Shown here: one piece after another, positions 10,281-21,200 of the stretch | Numbering within the stretch: position 1 is the first letter of the stretch | Layout: every line of letters starts with the position of its first letter | Assembly (NCBI RefSeq): GCF_054482595.1 | Contig: NZ_CM137008.1 | DNA: 64,000 bases | Strand: one strand, 5' to 3' | Program-made: the position numbers and the translations under genes | The notes under the pieces: model-generated | What the model was told of the DNA's origin: nothing | The model's database searches: none | What the model saw: the letters and a program-made list of their open reading frames with translations, nothing else

Positions 10281-10370
10281 ATGGACACGCTGACACAAAA
10301 GTTAACCGTGCTCATTGCCGTACTGGAGTTATTAGTGGCTCTGTTACGGTTGATTGATTTGTTGAAGTAA
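10281..10370 (+). CDS. zorO: Small hydrophobic 29-aa protein MDTLTQKLTVLIAVLELLVALLRLIDLLK; candidate type I toxin (ZorO-like)
   Basis: Second copy, differs by one residue (S3T); same RBS-sequestering architecture. Confidence 0.55.
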   Translation: MDTLTQKLTVLIAVLELLVALLRLIDLLK

Positions 10371-10391
10371 CGGGCAAATTGAAACGCATCT

Positions 10392-10418
10392 AAGGGGGAA
10401 TACCGTTCCCCCCTTTAA
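10392..10418 (+). terminator. Hairpin downstream of small toxin ORF copy 2
   Basis: aaggggg / cccccctt stem. Confidence 0.4.
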
Positions 10419-10479
10419 GAAAGCTATACTCGTCATACTTCAAGTTGCATGTGCTGCGACTTTAATTATCTAGAGTATA

Positions 10480-10797
10480 TTATTCTATTTCTTGGTTGAA
10501 TATATTCTGTAGTTTACGATTAAAAATTGCTATTACAGTTTCAGGTGATTCACCTCGTAATTTCCGCTCATCAATACACTCATCTCTTATATAAATCAAC
10601 GCATCATTTATTAGCGGGTCAGCATCTTCTCGATCACGTTGATGAAATGTTGAACGTAGCCGGAATCGCTCCAGTCGATAGACGGAACCTGTAAATAATT
10701 CAGAGCATTTATGGATCTCAAGTCTGAAGGAAAACGGATCTTCAGGTACAGGGACCTCATAATCGTAAATAGCAACCAGCTCTTTTTGCACGATCAT
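10480..10797 (-). CDS. yehK: YehK, small uncharacterized protein (105 aa)
   Basis: Complete ORF, co-directional with the giant paralogues upstream. Confidence 0.7.
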   Translation of the reverse strand: MIVQKELVAIYDYEVPVPEDPFSFRLEIHKCSELFTGSVYRLERFRLRSTFHQRDREDADPLINDALIYIRDECIDERKLRGESPETVIAIFNRKLQNIFNQEIE

Positions 10798-10858
10798 CGC
10801 TTTCCCCGCTGGTAAGTCGTGTTGATAACGGGCAGTTGCATCAATGCCCGCTGTGTTT

Positions 10859-13800
10859 TTAATGGAAAATGACGTCAGGTGCGCTTAACGCCTCACTCAA
10901 ATTAAACACATCAAGTTCGGCAAAAGTGACGGATTTATTGTCACGGTACACTCGAAGAGAACGGAAGCTCATTAACGCTTTGCTATCAACATTGTAGTGG
11001 TTAAAACCGGGTGAAAACTTAAGGACCAGCCGGTACTCGCCCAGGTCATAGACAAATGCATCCTCATAGCCTGACTCCCAGCCTTTGTATCGCATTCCCA
11101 TAAGCTGCCCAACGGTAGCGGATTTACCTTCCCAGCGAGTCAGGCTGTTACTGGTTGACTCGTCAGGTGTGAGCAGCACCGTGCGCCGCGCCAACTGGCG
11201 AAAAGGCGGCATAATTTCGTAATCGGCAAAAAGCTGTGCAAATTCACTGCGCATTTCTACTGTCATTTCTAACGGGTGGGCAATGCCAATCAGAGCGTCC
11301 GCAGGCAGGTCAATTGGCTCATCTTGCGCATTGCAGAACTCCCCCTCTGCGGCCACACGAAAGGCGTTGAGTAAACAACGCGGTTCATTTGCCGGATAAG
11401 CCCCCCATATTAATCGCTGGGTAACCAGACGGGTAAAGGGATGATTAACAAACAGAGAATGAAAATCTGCCAGCGACCAGCGTCGGGTGGTACGTAGGGC
11501 CGTTTCAAGACGCGGGAGCAGGTTTTTGCTCACCTGAGTAGCATCTTTTTTTAGCCCTTTTAGTCGGGCCAGTGCCTCGGGCGCTTTCAGTTGATCGTCA
11601 TCGGCACGCAACCGGGGAACACTTTTCTGGCGAACGTTTTGTTGATCAAAGATAACCGGGTTGAGGTTTTCATCGAAGCGAACGGTAAACTGCCGGGGAC
11701 CAAAATCAAAAATCAACGCCTGCGGATCATCAAGACCTAGTGTTGGGACTAATCTGTCCGCTAACTCTTCCTGGCTTAGCCCGCGATTTTCTGCGACCAC
11801 CTGAAGAAATTCCGCTGCGTTTTCACGTAATGAAGAGGATTTCGCCCGTTGTGATACATGATGCAGCTGTATCAGCGCCATATCATTATTCATCAAGGTA
11901 AGTATATTCAGACCAATGACAGCACGGGCAGATTTGCCTTCTTGTGGCCAGGCGAGGATCTGTGTCGTCAGATCCCGAGCCGTGCTTTCGTCACCAAAGA
12001 GACTTAACGCCAGAAATGCCCAGTTGTCTTTTGCGGGGGCACCAGCTTGTTGCCACGCAGTGAAGAGATCCCAGGCAAAAGCGGCCAGCGTTTGTGGCTG
12101 GCAAAACGTTTTCAGTTGTTCCAGACCGCTATAAAAACGTCCGCCCTGGGTAAAGCGCAGCATTTCGCCGATAATTTCCAGAGCGTCATCGGTAACAGGC
12201 TGATTATTAGTGATAAGTCGCGGCCTGGACCACATTGCCGGATGCCAGAAATCAGGGGCTTTTGGAATGCGTGCCGGGTAAATGTCCATTGGACCCTGTT
12301 TCAGTAAATGCTCCAGGGCAGGCCATACATCTGTACGCTGCCAGCGGTTTGCCACGGTTTGCAGCAATTCACCATGTCCCTGTTCGTAAAGTAAACGCAG
12401 GGCAAGTAATGCAGCTTCGCTATTATCGCTGGATTTGGTGAAGACAAGAGGGATAAGTGCAGTAGCCGTATGTTCCGGCCAATGTAAAATCCACTGGCGA
12501 GCCAGATCACGCTGCACCGCGAAACGTCGCCAGACGCGGGCAACGGGCAGGGCCAGTTCTGTTGCGCCAAAATTTAAAATTAACGGAAATGTTTCTTTTG
12601 GACGATGTAAAAAAGCCAACATCAGACCTGGTAGCGCATCCAACCCGAGGATACTGAGAAAATAGTCCTCACCCGCGAACAGATGTTTTTTCTCATTGAT
12701 ACGCAGCCAGAAGGTCAAAGCCATCTCACGCGGCAACTGTGCCAATAAATACAGGTTCCAGACACTCTTTTCCGGACGATAACGTGAGTAGTTGTCATTT
12801 TCCCATATGTTAATTAACGCTTCTATGTGACCGCTGCGGAGCGCCTGTTCTGCTAATTGTGCTTCCGGGGAGTTCCAGCCATTCAGGATCTCTTCAACCC
12901 GCCCCTGGTAGTAATGCCACTGAACAATGAGTGAATTGCGTGCAGCATCCAGTTTTCCGGGGAGTATATAATTCAGAAACAGCCATACATCATCCCCAAA
13001 ACCCAGTTCCTGTAATACAACTCGCCCACTTTTTTGTTCCATGCGTTCCGCAAGAGATTCCGTGCTGAAATAACGGGCAGACTCAGTGGAGGCAAGCCAC
13101 TCTTGTTCGCCTGGTTGCCAGTAAACTTGCGGGGTTAATTCGAGCGGTGCCAAATCAAGACGTGGAGCTGTCATTTTTTTCTTACTACGCCACGGTGGTG
13201 AAACGAGGATTTCAGGCAGATTGCTGTTATCGGTGCCATCAATAACCGGTTTGGGCGGTGCCAATAAATAACTATTCAGTACTGCCCGGGCTTGAGTACT
13301 TAACCACTGCATCACCTCTTCTGCCAGTTGTGGCTGCGATGCCATCAGCGTTTGTAACAGCGTACGCCAGTATTCATCGCGTGCTTTTTGCTGGGCAGGC
13401 AGCTTTTTGTCTTCGATGATTGGATAACCAAGGCGGGCTGGTGGTTCTTTTAACGCCAGCAGTTCTGCCAGTGCCGCGAGCGTCGCGTGGGGGAAGTTTT
13501 TACTGTATTTAGCCACACGTTGCAGGCTGGGTTTGTTTTTATCAGCCACCAGTAGCAAGGTGTGGATGACCTGCGGATGGTTAATTTGTACCAACAGACT
13601 GCCGCAATCTTCTTTATGGGCATACATCGCGAGGCGCGGAATGGCTGCCAGTCCTTGTTCGCGCAAAAGGGCGGCGCAGGCCGCGTAGCCGAAGTGGTTT
13701 TTTTGTGACATGTAGCTGGCTTCGCGATCGCTAAATACGTCCAGGCCCCAGTATCGTTCGAGTTTTTTTACCGCCGTATTATCAGTAGCAACGACCTTTA

Positions 13801-14491
13801 ACCACTCCTTTGAATGGAGACTTGACCGGGAGCTTTCAAGACTGGCGAGTTCATTGGCTATTTCAGGCTTTTCCGGGAGGATCAGCGCAATAAAAGGACG
13901 GCGAATTTTGGGTATTCCTGGCAGTGCGGCAATGAGTTTATCGGCACAACGCTGCCAGCAACTTTCCTCTGCCAGCGACAGATGCTTACGCAAACGGAGA
14001 TCGAAATCGTTATAGGTCGCGGAGCCATAACCGTAGCCATAGTCCTCGTCCTGATACTGCAAAGTGACGACCAGTGAATCACTCTCATAACGCCGCGCAA
14101 TGCACTGACGCGCCATCACTACATCCGTCGCATATTCCAGCCCCTCTTGTTGGACGATTTCGTCGAGCAACTGTTGGCTGTCATTTTGCGCGATACAGGC
14201 TAGCGCCGCCATTGTCCGGGCCGGGATTGAGGGTTTGTGTTCGCCGATCAAGTTGATGGCCTGCGTGATGGCGGACTGCCACTCCAGTGAAAAATTTTCA
14301 TAACGCCAGACAATGTTTTTTTTCTTCTCAGCTTTTTGTAGCAATTCATCACCCAGTGTCTGAATGATGCTTTCAGTGATAACAGGCACTGGTTCGCCCG
14401 GCCAATTGCGATGGCTGAGTGGTGTTTTACCCTTTTTATATTTCAGTTCCAGTTGGGCGTTATCAGCCAGCCACGGTAATTCCTTGTCCAT
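10859..14491 (-). CDS. yehI: YehI, giant DUF4132-type protein (1210 aa); paralogue lacking the N-terminal WGR-like domain
   Basis: Aligns with the two upstream paralogues from the LPWLAD(N/D)AQ motif onward; conserved C-terminal block (RLxPxLGLDD...FGPRQFTV..FDE.L.P); RBS aaggaaagag upstream. Confidence 0.8.
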   Translation of the reverse strand: MDKELPWLADNAQLELKYKKGKTPLSHRNWPGEPVPVITESIIQTLGDELLQKAEKKKNIVWRYENFSLEWQSAITQAINLIGEHKPSIPARTMAALACIAQNDSQQLLDEIVQQEGLEYATDVVMARQCIARRYESDSLVVTLQYQDEDYGYGYGSATYNDFDLRLRKHLSLAEESCWQRCADKLIAALPGIPKIRRPFIALILPEKPEIANELASLESSRSSLHSKEWLKVVATDNTAVKKLERYWGLDVFSDREASYMSQKNHFGYAACAALLREQGLAAIPRLAMYAHKEDCGSLLVQINHPQVIHTLLLVADKNKPSLQRVAKYSKNFPHATLAALAELLALKEPPARLGYPIIEDKKLPAQQKARDEYWRTLLQTLMASQPQLAEEVMQWLSTQARAVLNSYLLAPPKPVIDGTDNSNLPEILVSPPWRSKKKMTAPRLDLAPLELTPQVYWQPGEQEWLASTESARYFSTESLAERMEQKSGRVVLQELGFGDDVWLFLNYILPGKLDAARNSLIVQWHYYQGRVEEILNGWNSPEAQLAEQALRSGHIEALINIWENDNYSRYRPEKSVWNLYLLAQLPREMALTFWLRINEKKHLFAGEDYFLSILGLDALPGLMLAFLHRPKETFPLILNFGATELALPVARVWRRFAVQRDLARQWILHWPEHTATALIPLVFTKSSDNSEAALLALRLLYEQGHGELLQTVANRWQRTDVWPALEHLLKQGPMDIYPARIPKAPDFWHPAMWSRPRLITNNQPVTDDALEIIGEMLRFTQGGRFYSGLEQLKTFCQPQTLAAFAWDLFTAWQQAGAPAKDNWAFLALSLFGDESTARDLTTQILAWPQEGKSARAVIGLNILTLMNNDMALIQLHHVSQRAKSSSLRENAAEFLQVVAENRGLSQEELADRLVPTLGLDDPQALIFDFGPRQFTVRFDENLNPVIFDQQNVRQKSVPRLRADDDQLKAPEALARLKGLKKDATQVSKNLLPRLETALRTTRRWSLADFHSLFVNHPFTRLVTQRLIWGAYPANEPRCLLNAFRVAAEGEFCNAQDEPIDLPADALIGIAHPLEMTVEMRSEFAQLFADYEIMPPFRQLARRTVLLTPDESTSNSLTRWEGKSATVGQLMGMRYKGWESGYEDAFVYDLGEYRLVLKFSPGFNHYNVDSKALMSFRSLRVYRDNKSVTFAELDVFNLSEALSAPDVIFH

Positions 14492-14500
14492 GCTCTTTCC

Positions 14501-17500
14501 TTATTCAAACAGGGCTTCAATATCGTTAATTAGCTCGCTGGCGGTGATGGCATCGAGTACGGAGAGCTGCGCTTCCTGTGTTGAATTACTCCCCCAGCCA
14601 TAGCTTTCCGCTTTGCCTTCCCATAGCCACTGCTTGCTTAAGAGTTGCTCGGCACTCAGTTCGGCTGGCGACATGCCTACCGCAAAGCCTTCATCGATTT
14701 CCATGATTAACGACCAGCGGCCCAGAGGTTTGATCATCCAGCCGATCCAGCCTCCATCCTGTGGTTCGCCCTTTATCCAGCCTTTATTCGCCAGCCCCAT
14801 TACCCGACCGCTCGGGCATTTTCTGCCTGCCCAGCGGGTCAGTTCGCTGGCATTGCGCTCGGTTTCTGTCAGGGCGTAACTGTTACGGTCGAGCTGGCGG
14901 AACGGCGGTAGCAGTTCGTAGTCGGCAAAAAGCTGCCCAAATGCGGCGGCATCCGTCGGTGATATTTCCAGAACGTGAGGAATACCAACAGAGATATCGC
15001 CTTCCGGCAGGGTGAAAAGATCATCGTCAGCGGTGCTGTAGCTGTTATCTTCCGCTACCCGGAAACAGGCCAGTAGCTGGTTTTCGGCGCTATAAACGCC
15101 CCAAATCAGACGGCGGGTTAAGTGGCGAACTAGCGGATGCTCAACCAGGAAGAGCTGAAAGTTATCCGGTGACCAGCGGCGACGCAGGCACATGGCGGAT
15201 TCCAGCCTTGCTACCTGCTGGGCGGCGACGGTACGCGCATCTTTTTTCAGCAGTTTGTAGCGGTTAACAGCATCGTTCGCCTGTGATTCATCATCGCTTT
15301 TGTTTGGTTTGGGCAGGTCTTTCAGACGGCTGCCAGAAACATCACGCACAAACGGTTTTAAGGTTTCATCAAAGCTGACGGTGAACTGGCGTGAGCCGAA
15401 ATCCAGCAGCAACGAACCGTTATCATCCAGACCGAGATCCGGTGCTAACCGATCTTCAAGCTCTGCCACCGTGAGTTCGCGGCTTTCGGCAATGTCGGCA
15501 ATTTTTTCTTTTGCCCGCTCCTGTAATGCTTTGAATTTCAGTTTCTGGGCAATACCGTTAAGCTGCATCAGGGCGATATCACTACCGATAGCGGCGAGAA
15601 TATCCAACCCAACGGTGGCGCGTTTATGCTGGGATTCACCAGGCCAGGCGCGTATTAATGGCGTCAGTTTGCGGGCGGTGTCATCGTTACCAAGAACGCC
15701 TAACGCAGTGAACGCCCAACTCTCTTTCGACGGTGCGCCCGCAGTCAGCCAGGCGGTAAACAGATCCCAGGCAAATTCAGCCAGTGAGTCGGCGGTACAG
15801 GCATCTTTCACCTGCAATAATCCCGGATACAGGGCCTCTTCCTGAGGGAAGCGGAGCATTTCACCGAGGTGCTGGAGTGCGCTATCTGGCAGTGATTGGG
15901 CGTTTGTATTTAATACCGGGCGCGTCCAGAGCGATGGCTGATAAAAGGCCGGAAGAGTGGGGATTTTTGTCGGGTGATTATCTAAGGGATCGAGCGCAAG
16001 CAGAGCGTTCACCGCGTCGGTTACTTCCGGCTGGTTATAACGCCGGGCGATTTCTTGCAGTAATGGCTGATGACCGTTTTCGGTAAGCATACGTAAGGCA
16101 GCGCGAGCGTTATCTTGTGCTTCACCGGCTTTGCCGAGCGCCGAAGGCAGCAGGCCGGTTATGGCGTGTTCCGGGTATTTTAGCAGCCAGCTACGGGCGT
16201 CTTGTCGTAGGGTTTTGAGTTTGTTGAAGGCGCGGGCAATGAATGGAGCCAATTCGACAGCCGCGAAATATTGTGCCACGGGAAGAGCTTCCTGCGGATA
16301 GCGAGATGCTGAGTGGATAAAACCTGTTAAACCAGCAAGTCGAAGATGCAACATTACTTGTTTTTCACCTGTATGTGGTTCTTTACTAAGGATATTCCAC
16401 ATCTCAATAGCTTTATTTATGGGTAAAACATGGAGTGAAGAAAGCTTCCATTCGCCCTGATAAGGGGCGTTATAGGACTTAAAAGCATCGATCAAAGTTA
16501 AATAATCTTCACGCTGCCAAGCATCCAACGCTATTTCTGGAATATCAATATAGCCTCTATGTTTGTTCCAATCCCAGCGGTCGAATCCCAGGGAATTCAG
16601 AAAACCTTTTTCTCCCTCTGCTTGCTGACGAGGTTGCCAATTATGCTGCACTTGTAGTCTTTTGCTTTTTGTTTCATTTATTGTACAGAAAGATTCCAGG
16701 GGTAATGGTGCTAAATCCAGCACTGGAGTCGGCGATTTTTTCTTTTTAGCCTGCCACGGCGGTGAGACTAATACGGCAGGCAGCATATCGGCGTTCGCAT
16801 AAACTGAAGGTTGTGTCAGTTGTTGCTGGCATGACTTAAGAACGGTAACTGTCGGGGCAGATAGCCAGGAGATCACCCGTTCTACTAATGTTGGTTGTGA
16901 GATAAGCATCGTCATTAGCATCATGCGCCAGCGCTTTTCATCTTTTTGTGCCAGAAGTTCTGCTAATGCCGCCAGCGCTGCATGTGGAAAGCGAACGAAA
17001 GCCTTTGTCATGCGATCGTGGCAACGCTTTCCCTGCTCACTTGCATGGATAAGTAGTGTAAGTGCTTGCGGGTGGTTGATATGCATCAACACTTCCCCAC
17101 ATGTGTCACCAGCAGCGTAAGGGGCAAAACGGGCCAACGCAGCGACACCTTGCTCCTTGAGTACTGTCGCACACCAGATTTTACCGCCGTAATAATCATC
17201 AAATACCTGCCCTGGCTGTCCTGGATAGTATTTCCCCAGTTCTGCCAATACCTGCTCGTCGGTGGTCGTCAGTTTTAGCCATTCCAGCGCATATACCCCT
17301 TTTTGTCCGCAAAGATGTCTGGCAATCTCATGAGCTACTTCTGGTTTTTCCGGCAACAATAGTGCGACCAGCGGCTGGTTCCAGGCGGGCATGTTTCCGA
17401 GAGCGGCAATCAGTTTGTCGGCGCAGCGCTGCCATACATCGTCATTTGCAAGTGAGAGATGCTTACGCAGGCGCATTTCAACCGAAGCGAAGCGTGACAG

Positions 17501-18259
17501 ATAGTCAGGCTGCTTGTTATCCGGGGTAAAAGTAATGAGGTGGGCATCATAATTCCAGTCAAATCGGATGAATTGCAATGCGATGACAACCTCAGTGGCA
17601 TATTCCAGACCACCTTCCTGGACAATTTGATCCATTAACTCTTCGTGATCGTTACGATTGAAGCCTTGCTCCAGCGCAACCAGTACCGCCAGAACCATCG
17701 GTAGTAGTGTGGTGCTAATCGGCGAGTCGATAAGGCCCACTGCTTGTGTAATCGCCTGCTGCCAGTCCAGTGAACAGGTGCTGTAATCGAAGGTGATCAC
17801 CTTTTTAAAACGCCGGTGAGTATTCGCGGAGACGGAGCGTAGCAGGGTTAATTCATTCTCCTTTGGCACAGGATCGCCAGGCCAGCGTCGATGACTTAGT
17901 GTGGTTGGCGCAACCTCTGTCGGTAAAATGATTTGGGCGTCGTCTGCCAGCCAGGGGAGGTGGTCTCCAGTCAATGCTGGTTTGTCTTGTGGCAAAGGGG
18001 CTATTTCAGGGCATTCGATAACCTGGGTGGGTACAGATGTCGGTGTCATCACGGATACTTCTTCTACGTAGCCCTTTTTTGTTTTCTCCGCAATCAGCTT
18101 CAGTTCCGCTTTTTCCGCCGCCGCAGCATCTGCAAAGCTTTTTACCTGACTTTGCCCGTTAGTGCCGACTTTACCCCAGGTTATATGCAGCTCGTTTCTC
18201 TGCTGCTCCACCGCCCAGAATTTATGTGATTTTTCGTCCTGATAAATATAGGTTTTCAT
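14501..18259 (-). CDS. Giant WGR-domain / DUF4132-type protein (1252 aa), MolR/YehH-like paralogue
   Basis: N-terminal MKTYIYQDEKSHKFWAVEQQRNELHITWGKVGTNGQ (WGR-like); N-terminal and C-terminal segments are near-identical at DNA level to the 1266-aa paralogue; RBS aagga upstream. Confidence 0.8.
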   Translation of the reverse strand: MKTYIYQDEKSHKFWAVEQQRNELHITWGKVGTNGQSQVKSFADAAAAEKAELKLIAEKTKKGYVEEVSVMTPTSVPTQVIECPEIAPLPQDKPALTGDHLPWLADDAQIILPTEVAPTTLSHRRWPGDPVPKENELTLLRSVSANTHRRFKKVITFDYSTCSLDWQQAITQAVGLIDSPISTTLLPMVLAVLVALEQGFNRNDHEELMDQIVQEGGLEYATEVVIALQFIRFDWNYDAHLITFTPDNKQPDYLSRFASVEMRLRKHLSLANDDVWQRCADKLIAALGNMPAWNQPLVALLLPEKPEVAHEIARHLCGQKGVYALEWLKLTTTDEQVLAELGKYYPGQPGQVFDDYYGGKIWCATVLKEQGVAALARFAPYAAGDTCGEVLMHINHPQALTLLIHASEQGKRCHDRMTKAFVRFPHAALAALAELLAQKDEKRWRMMLMTMLISQPTLVERVISWLSAPTVTVLKSCQQQLTQPSVYANADMLPAVLVSPPWQAKKKKSPTPVLDLAPLPLESFCTINETKSKRLQVQHNWQPRQQAEGEKGFLNSLGFDRWDWNKHRGYIDIPEIALDAWQREDYLTLIDAFKSYNAPYQGEWKLSSLHVLPINKAIEMWNILSKEPHTGEKQVMLHLRLAGLTGFIHSASRYPQEALPVAQYFAAVELAPFIARAFNKLKTLRQDARSWLLKYPEHAITGLLPSALGKAGEAQDNARAALRMLTENGHQPLLQEIARRYNQPEVTDAVNALLALDPLDNHPTKIPTLPAFYQPSLWTRPVLNTNAQSLPDSALQHLGEMLRFPQEEALYPGLLQVKDACTADSLAEFAWDLFTAWLTAGAPSKESWAFTALGVLGNDDTARKLTPLIRAWPGESQHKRATVGLDILAAIGSDIALMQLNGIAQKLKFKALQERAKEKIADIAESRELTVAELEDRLAPDLGLDDNGSLLLDFGSRQFTVSFDETLKPFVRDVSGSRLKDLPKPNKSDDESQANDAVNRYKLLKKDARTVAAQQVARLESAMCLRRRWSPDNFQLFLVEHPLVRHLTRRLIWGVYSAENQLLACFRVAEDNSYSTADDDLFTLPEGDISVGIPHVLEISPTDAAAFGQLFADYELLPPFRQLDRNSYALTETERNASELTRWAGRKCPSGRVMGLANKGWIKGEPQDGGWIGWMIKPLGRWSLIMEIDEGFAVGMSPAELSAEQLLSKQWLWEGKAESYGWGSNSTQEAQLSVLDAITASELINDIEALFE

Positions 18260-18271
18260 TGTTAAATCCTT

Positions 18272-21200
18272 TTAATCAAACAGTGATTCAATGTCGTTAA
18301 TCAGCTCGCTGGCGGTGATGTCGTCGAGCATGGAGAAAGTGGGTGAGGATTGTTTACCATAGCGATCATAAGGGGCGGTGATTTTTACGCTTTCGACAGG
18401 CAGCAGGTCGCTATACCCCGTTTCGCCATAAATTAATGAAAAAGGTTCTGTTTCAAGTTCGAGAGCACCATAAGGGGTAGATTTGCGCATCGCATAGACG
18501 CTGCCGCTTTCTTCCAGACGTTGCCAGCCTCTGCGTTCCAGCCCGACAATGCGTCCGGCCTGGCAGAGACGTCCGTTCCAGCGTGACAATTCATGGACAT
18601 TACGTTCGTTATCAGCAAGGTGGTAACTACCACGTTCGAGCTGTTGGAAAGGGGGAAGCAGTTCGTAATCAACGTAAATTTGCCTGAATGCAGCGGCGGA
18701 TTCAGGGGGGATTTCCAGCACATGCGGTATACCGATGTTTCCTGCTGGCAGCGTGAATAACTCATCCTGCGCATCGCTGTAAGTGCTGTCTTCTGCCACG
18801 CGAAAACAGGTGATAAGAGCGTTTTCATCGTTATAAACCCCCCATAACAGCCGTCGGGTTAAGTGACGTACCAGCGGATGCTCCACCAGAAACAGGCGGA
18901 ACTGCTCTGCCGTCCAGCGTCTGCGCTGGCACATAGCCTGTTCCAGACGGGTAATTTGCTGGCTGGCGATAGCACGAACATCTTTTTTCAACTGTTTGAA
19001 GAGATTAACTGCGTCAGTTGCCAGTGTTTTATCATCGCTCTGGTTTGGCTTAGGTAAATCTTTCAGGACTTTGCCGTTTGCATCGCACACTACAGGTTTT
19101 AAGGTTTCGTCAAAACCAACGGTGAATTTGCGGGGGCCGAAATCCAGTATCAGCGAGCCACTGCTATCAAGCCCTAAATCCGGTGCCAGGCGATCTTCCA
19201 GTTCGGCCATTGTCAGTCCGCGATTTTCGGCGACCATATTGATTCTGTCGCTGGCATTTTCCTGTAATGCAACGAATTTAATCTTTTGCGCAATGCCATT
19301 AAGCAACATAAGCGCAATGTCGCTACCGATACTGGCTAACACATCCAGCCCGTAAACCGCGCGTTTATGCTGGGATTCACCCGGCCAGGCGCGGATGAGC
19401 GGGGTTAGTTTACGCGCGGTGTCGTCATTGCCTAGAATCCCCAGCGAGGTAAATGCCCAGTTCTCTTTTGCGGGTGCGCCTGCTTCTGTCCATGCCGTGT
19501 AGAGATCCCAGCCAAAGTCAGCCAGTGATTCGCGGGTGAAGGTCTCTTTGATGATCGCCAGCCCAGCGTAGGAGGTAATGTCGCGTGGAAAGCTCAACAT
19601 TGTGCCGAGGTGGCGCATAGCGTCATCTGGCAGAGGCAGGTTGTTACTTTTAAGCCGAGGTCTGCGCCATAAGGTGAACTGATAAAAGCCGGGCAGTGGG
19701 GCGATTTTTGCAGGATATTCTTCCAGTGGGGCGCTATCAAATAATGTTGCCAGCGCAGATAAAACATCAGGTTGATTATATCCTTGGGCGATTTCCTCAA
19801 TCGTTTCTCGCTGGTTTAATTTCACTAGCAGGAGGAGTGCCTGGCGGGCATATTCCCGATTTTGGCACGGTTTGCCCAGCGCCAAAGGCAGTAGCCCGGC
19901 GGCGGCATGGCGCGGGTTATTTGCCAGCCAATTAACGGCATCCTTGTAAGCTATTTTTTTCTGTAACCGCTGCGCCATTGGTAAGGCTAGTTCACTGGCT
20001 CCAATAAAAAGGGTGAATATCCACAGGCGTTGATGATCTCGTTGCAAGCAGGTCATAAACGCAGGAATGGCCGTACTACCAAAAACCGCCAGAATCTCTT
20101 TCTCACCTGAATATCGCTCCTCAATGATTATTTGGTTGAGAAATGAAATCGCCTGTTGTCCCGGTAAGTAACAAAGCGCAGATAGATTCCAGCTTTTGTT
20201 GGCATTGTTGTGATATTTCGCAAACTCAGCTTTTAGTGCTGGAAAATCAAAGCGCAACAAGGCATCAACAGCGCTTTGCGGTATATATTTTTTTTCATGT
20301 AAGTCATTTTCGCAATGCAGCCATTCATTAAAACCTAATTGCCAAAGGATTTGTTGTTCTGGTGTAAAAGGAATGAAAGATGTCTCCCAGCTTTCTTTTT
20401 CAATTAGTGGCAGAACGGTAAATAAGGTTTGCTGTGATGCCTGATATTGCGCAATTTCACTGAATCTGGATATGTCAGTATGACTGATTAACTCTGTAAT
20501 TCCTGGTGTGATATCCGTGACGGCAGGAATGGGAAGTACCGGTAAATCAAATACGGGTATGACATTCTTTTTCTTATTTATTACCCACGGTGGAGCGACA
20601 AGCAGCTCCGGCAACATATCCACAGTGGCATATTCACATTCTTCAGCTACTGGCAGCGGACGACATTCAGATAAGATGCCTGCCGCCTTAGCATTAACCC
20701 AGGGAATGACCTCGCATACTAACTCTGGCGTGGCGGTAATCAGTTTGACAAGCGCTTTACGCCACTCATTATTTTCATGTATTGCCAGCAAAGTAGCATA
20801 AGCGGCAATAGCCGCAGCGGGATGTTTTTGGCAGGCTTTGCTTAAGTATTCCAGGTGCTTTTTCTTGCCATTTACACCGAGGATCAGAATTTGAATCGCA
20901 TCCGGGTGATTCGTTTTCCATAGCCATTTGACAAGATCTTCAGCATTGGCGTGTATGTGAGTGAAAAGGTCCGTGTATTTTACGGGATAGTCGACAGGTA
21001 GCTTGAGAAGAATCCGGCTTACACCACGCATTCCATTATTTGCCAGCAACGTAGCCAGATATTTGCGGAAATCATTATATAGCGGTGGGAAACCATATTT
21101 TTCCTGGATGGCCAGGGCAACATCATCGCTTACCATCATACTTAACCAGGTCATCGCCGGAACGTTTTGGTCTGCATAACGTAGCGCCATAGCATTGGCA

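Larger units (their letters stand above)
9930..10420 (+). repeat. Tandem duplication unit B carrying small toxin gene copy 2
   Basis: Direct repeat of 9320-9812. Confidence 0.85.

Noticed and set aside
9320-10420. Possible CRISPR array suggested by repeated sequence
   Set aside because: Only two copies of a unit of about 0.5 kb (period about 608 bp) that contains an ORF. There are no short 28-37-bp direct repeats with unique spacers and no cas genes nearby.
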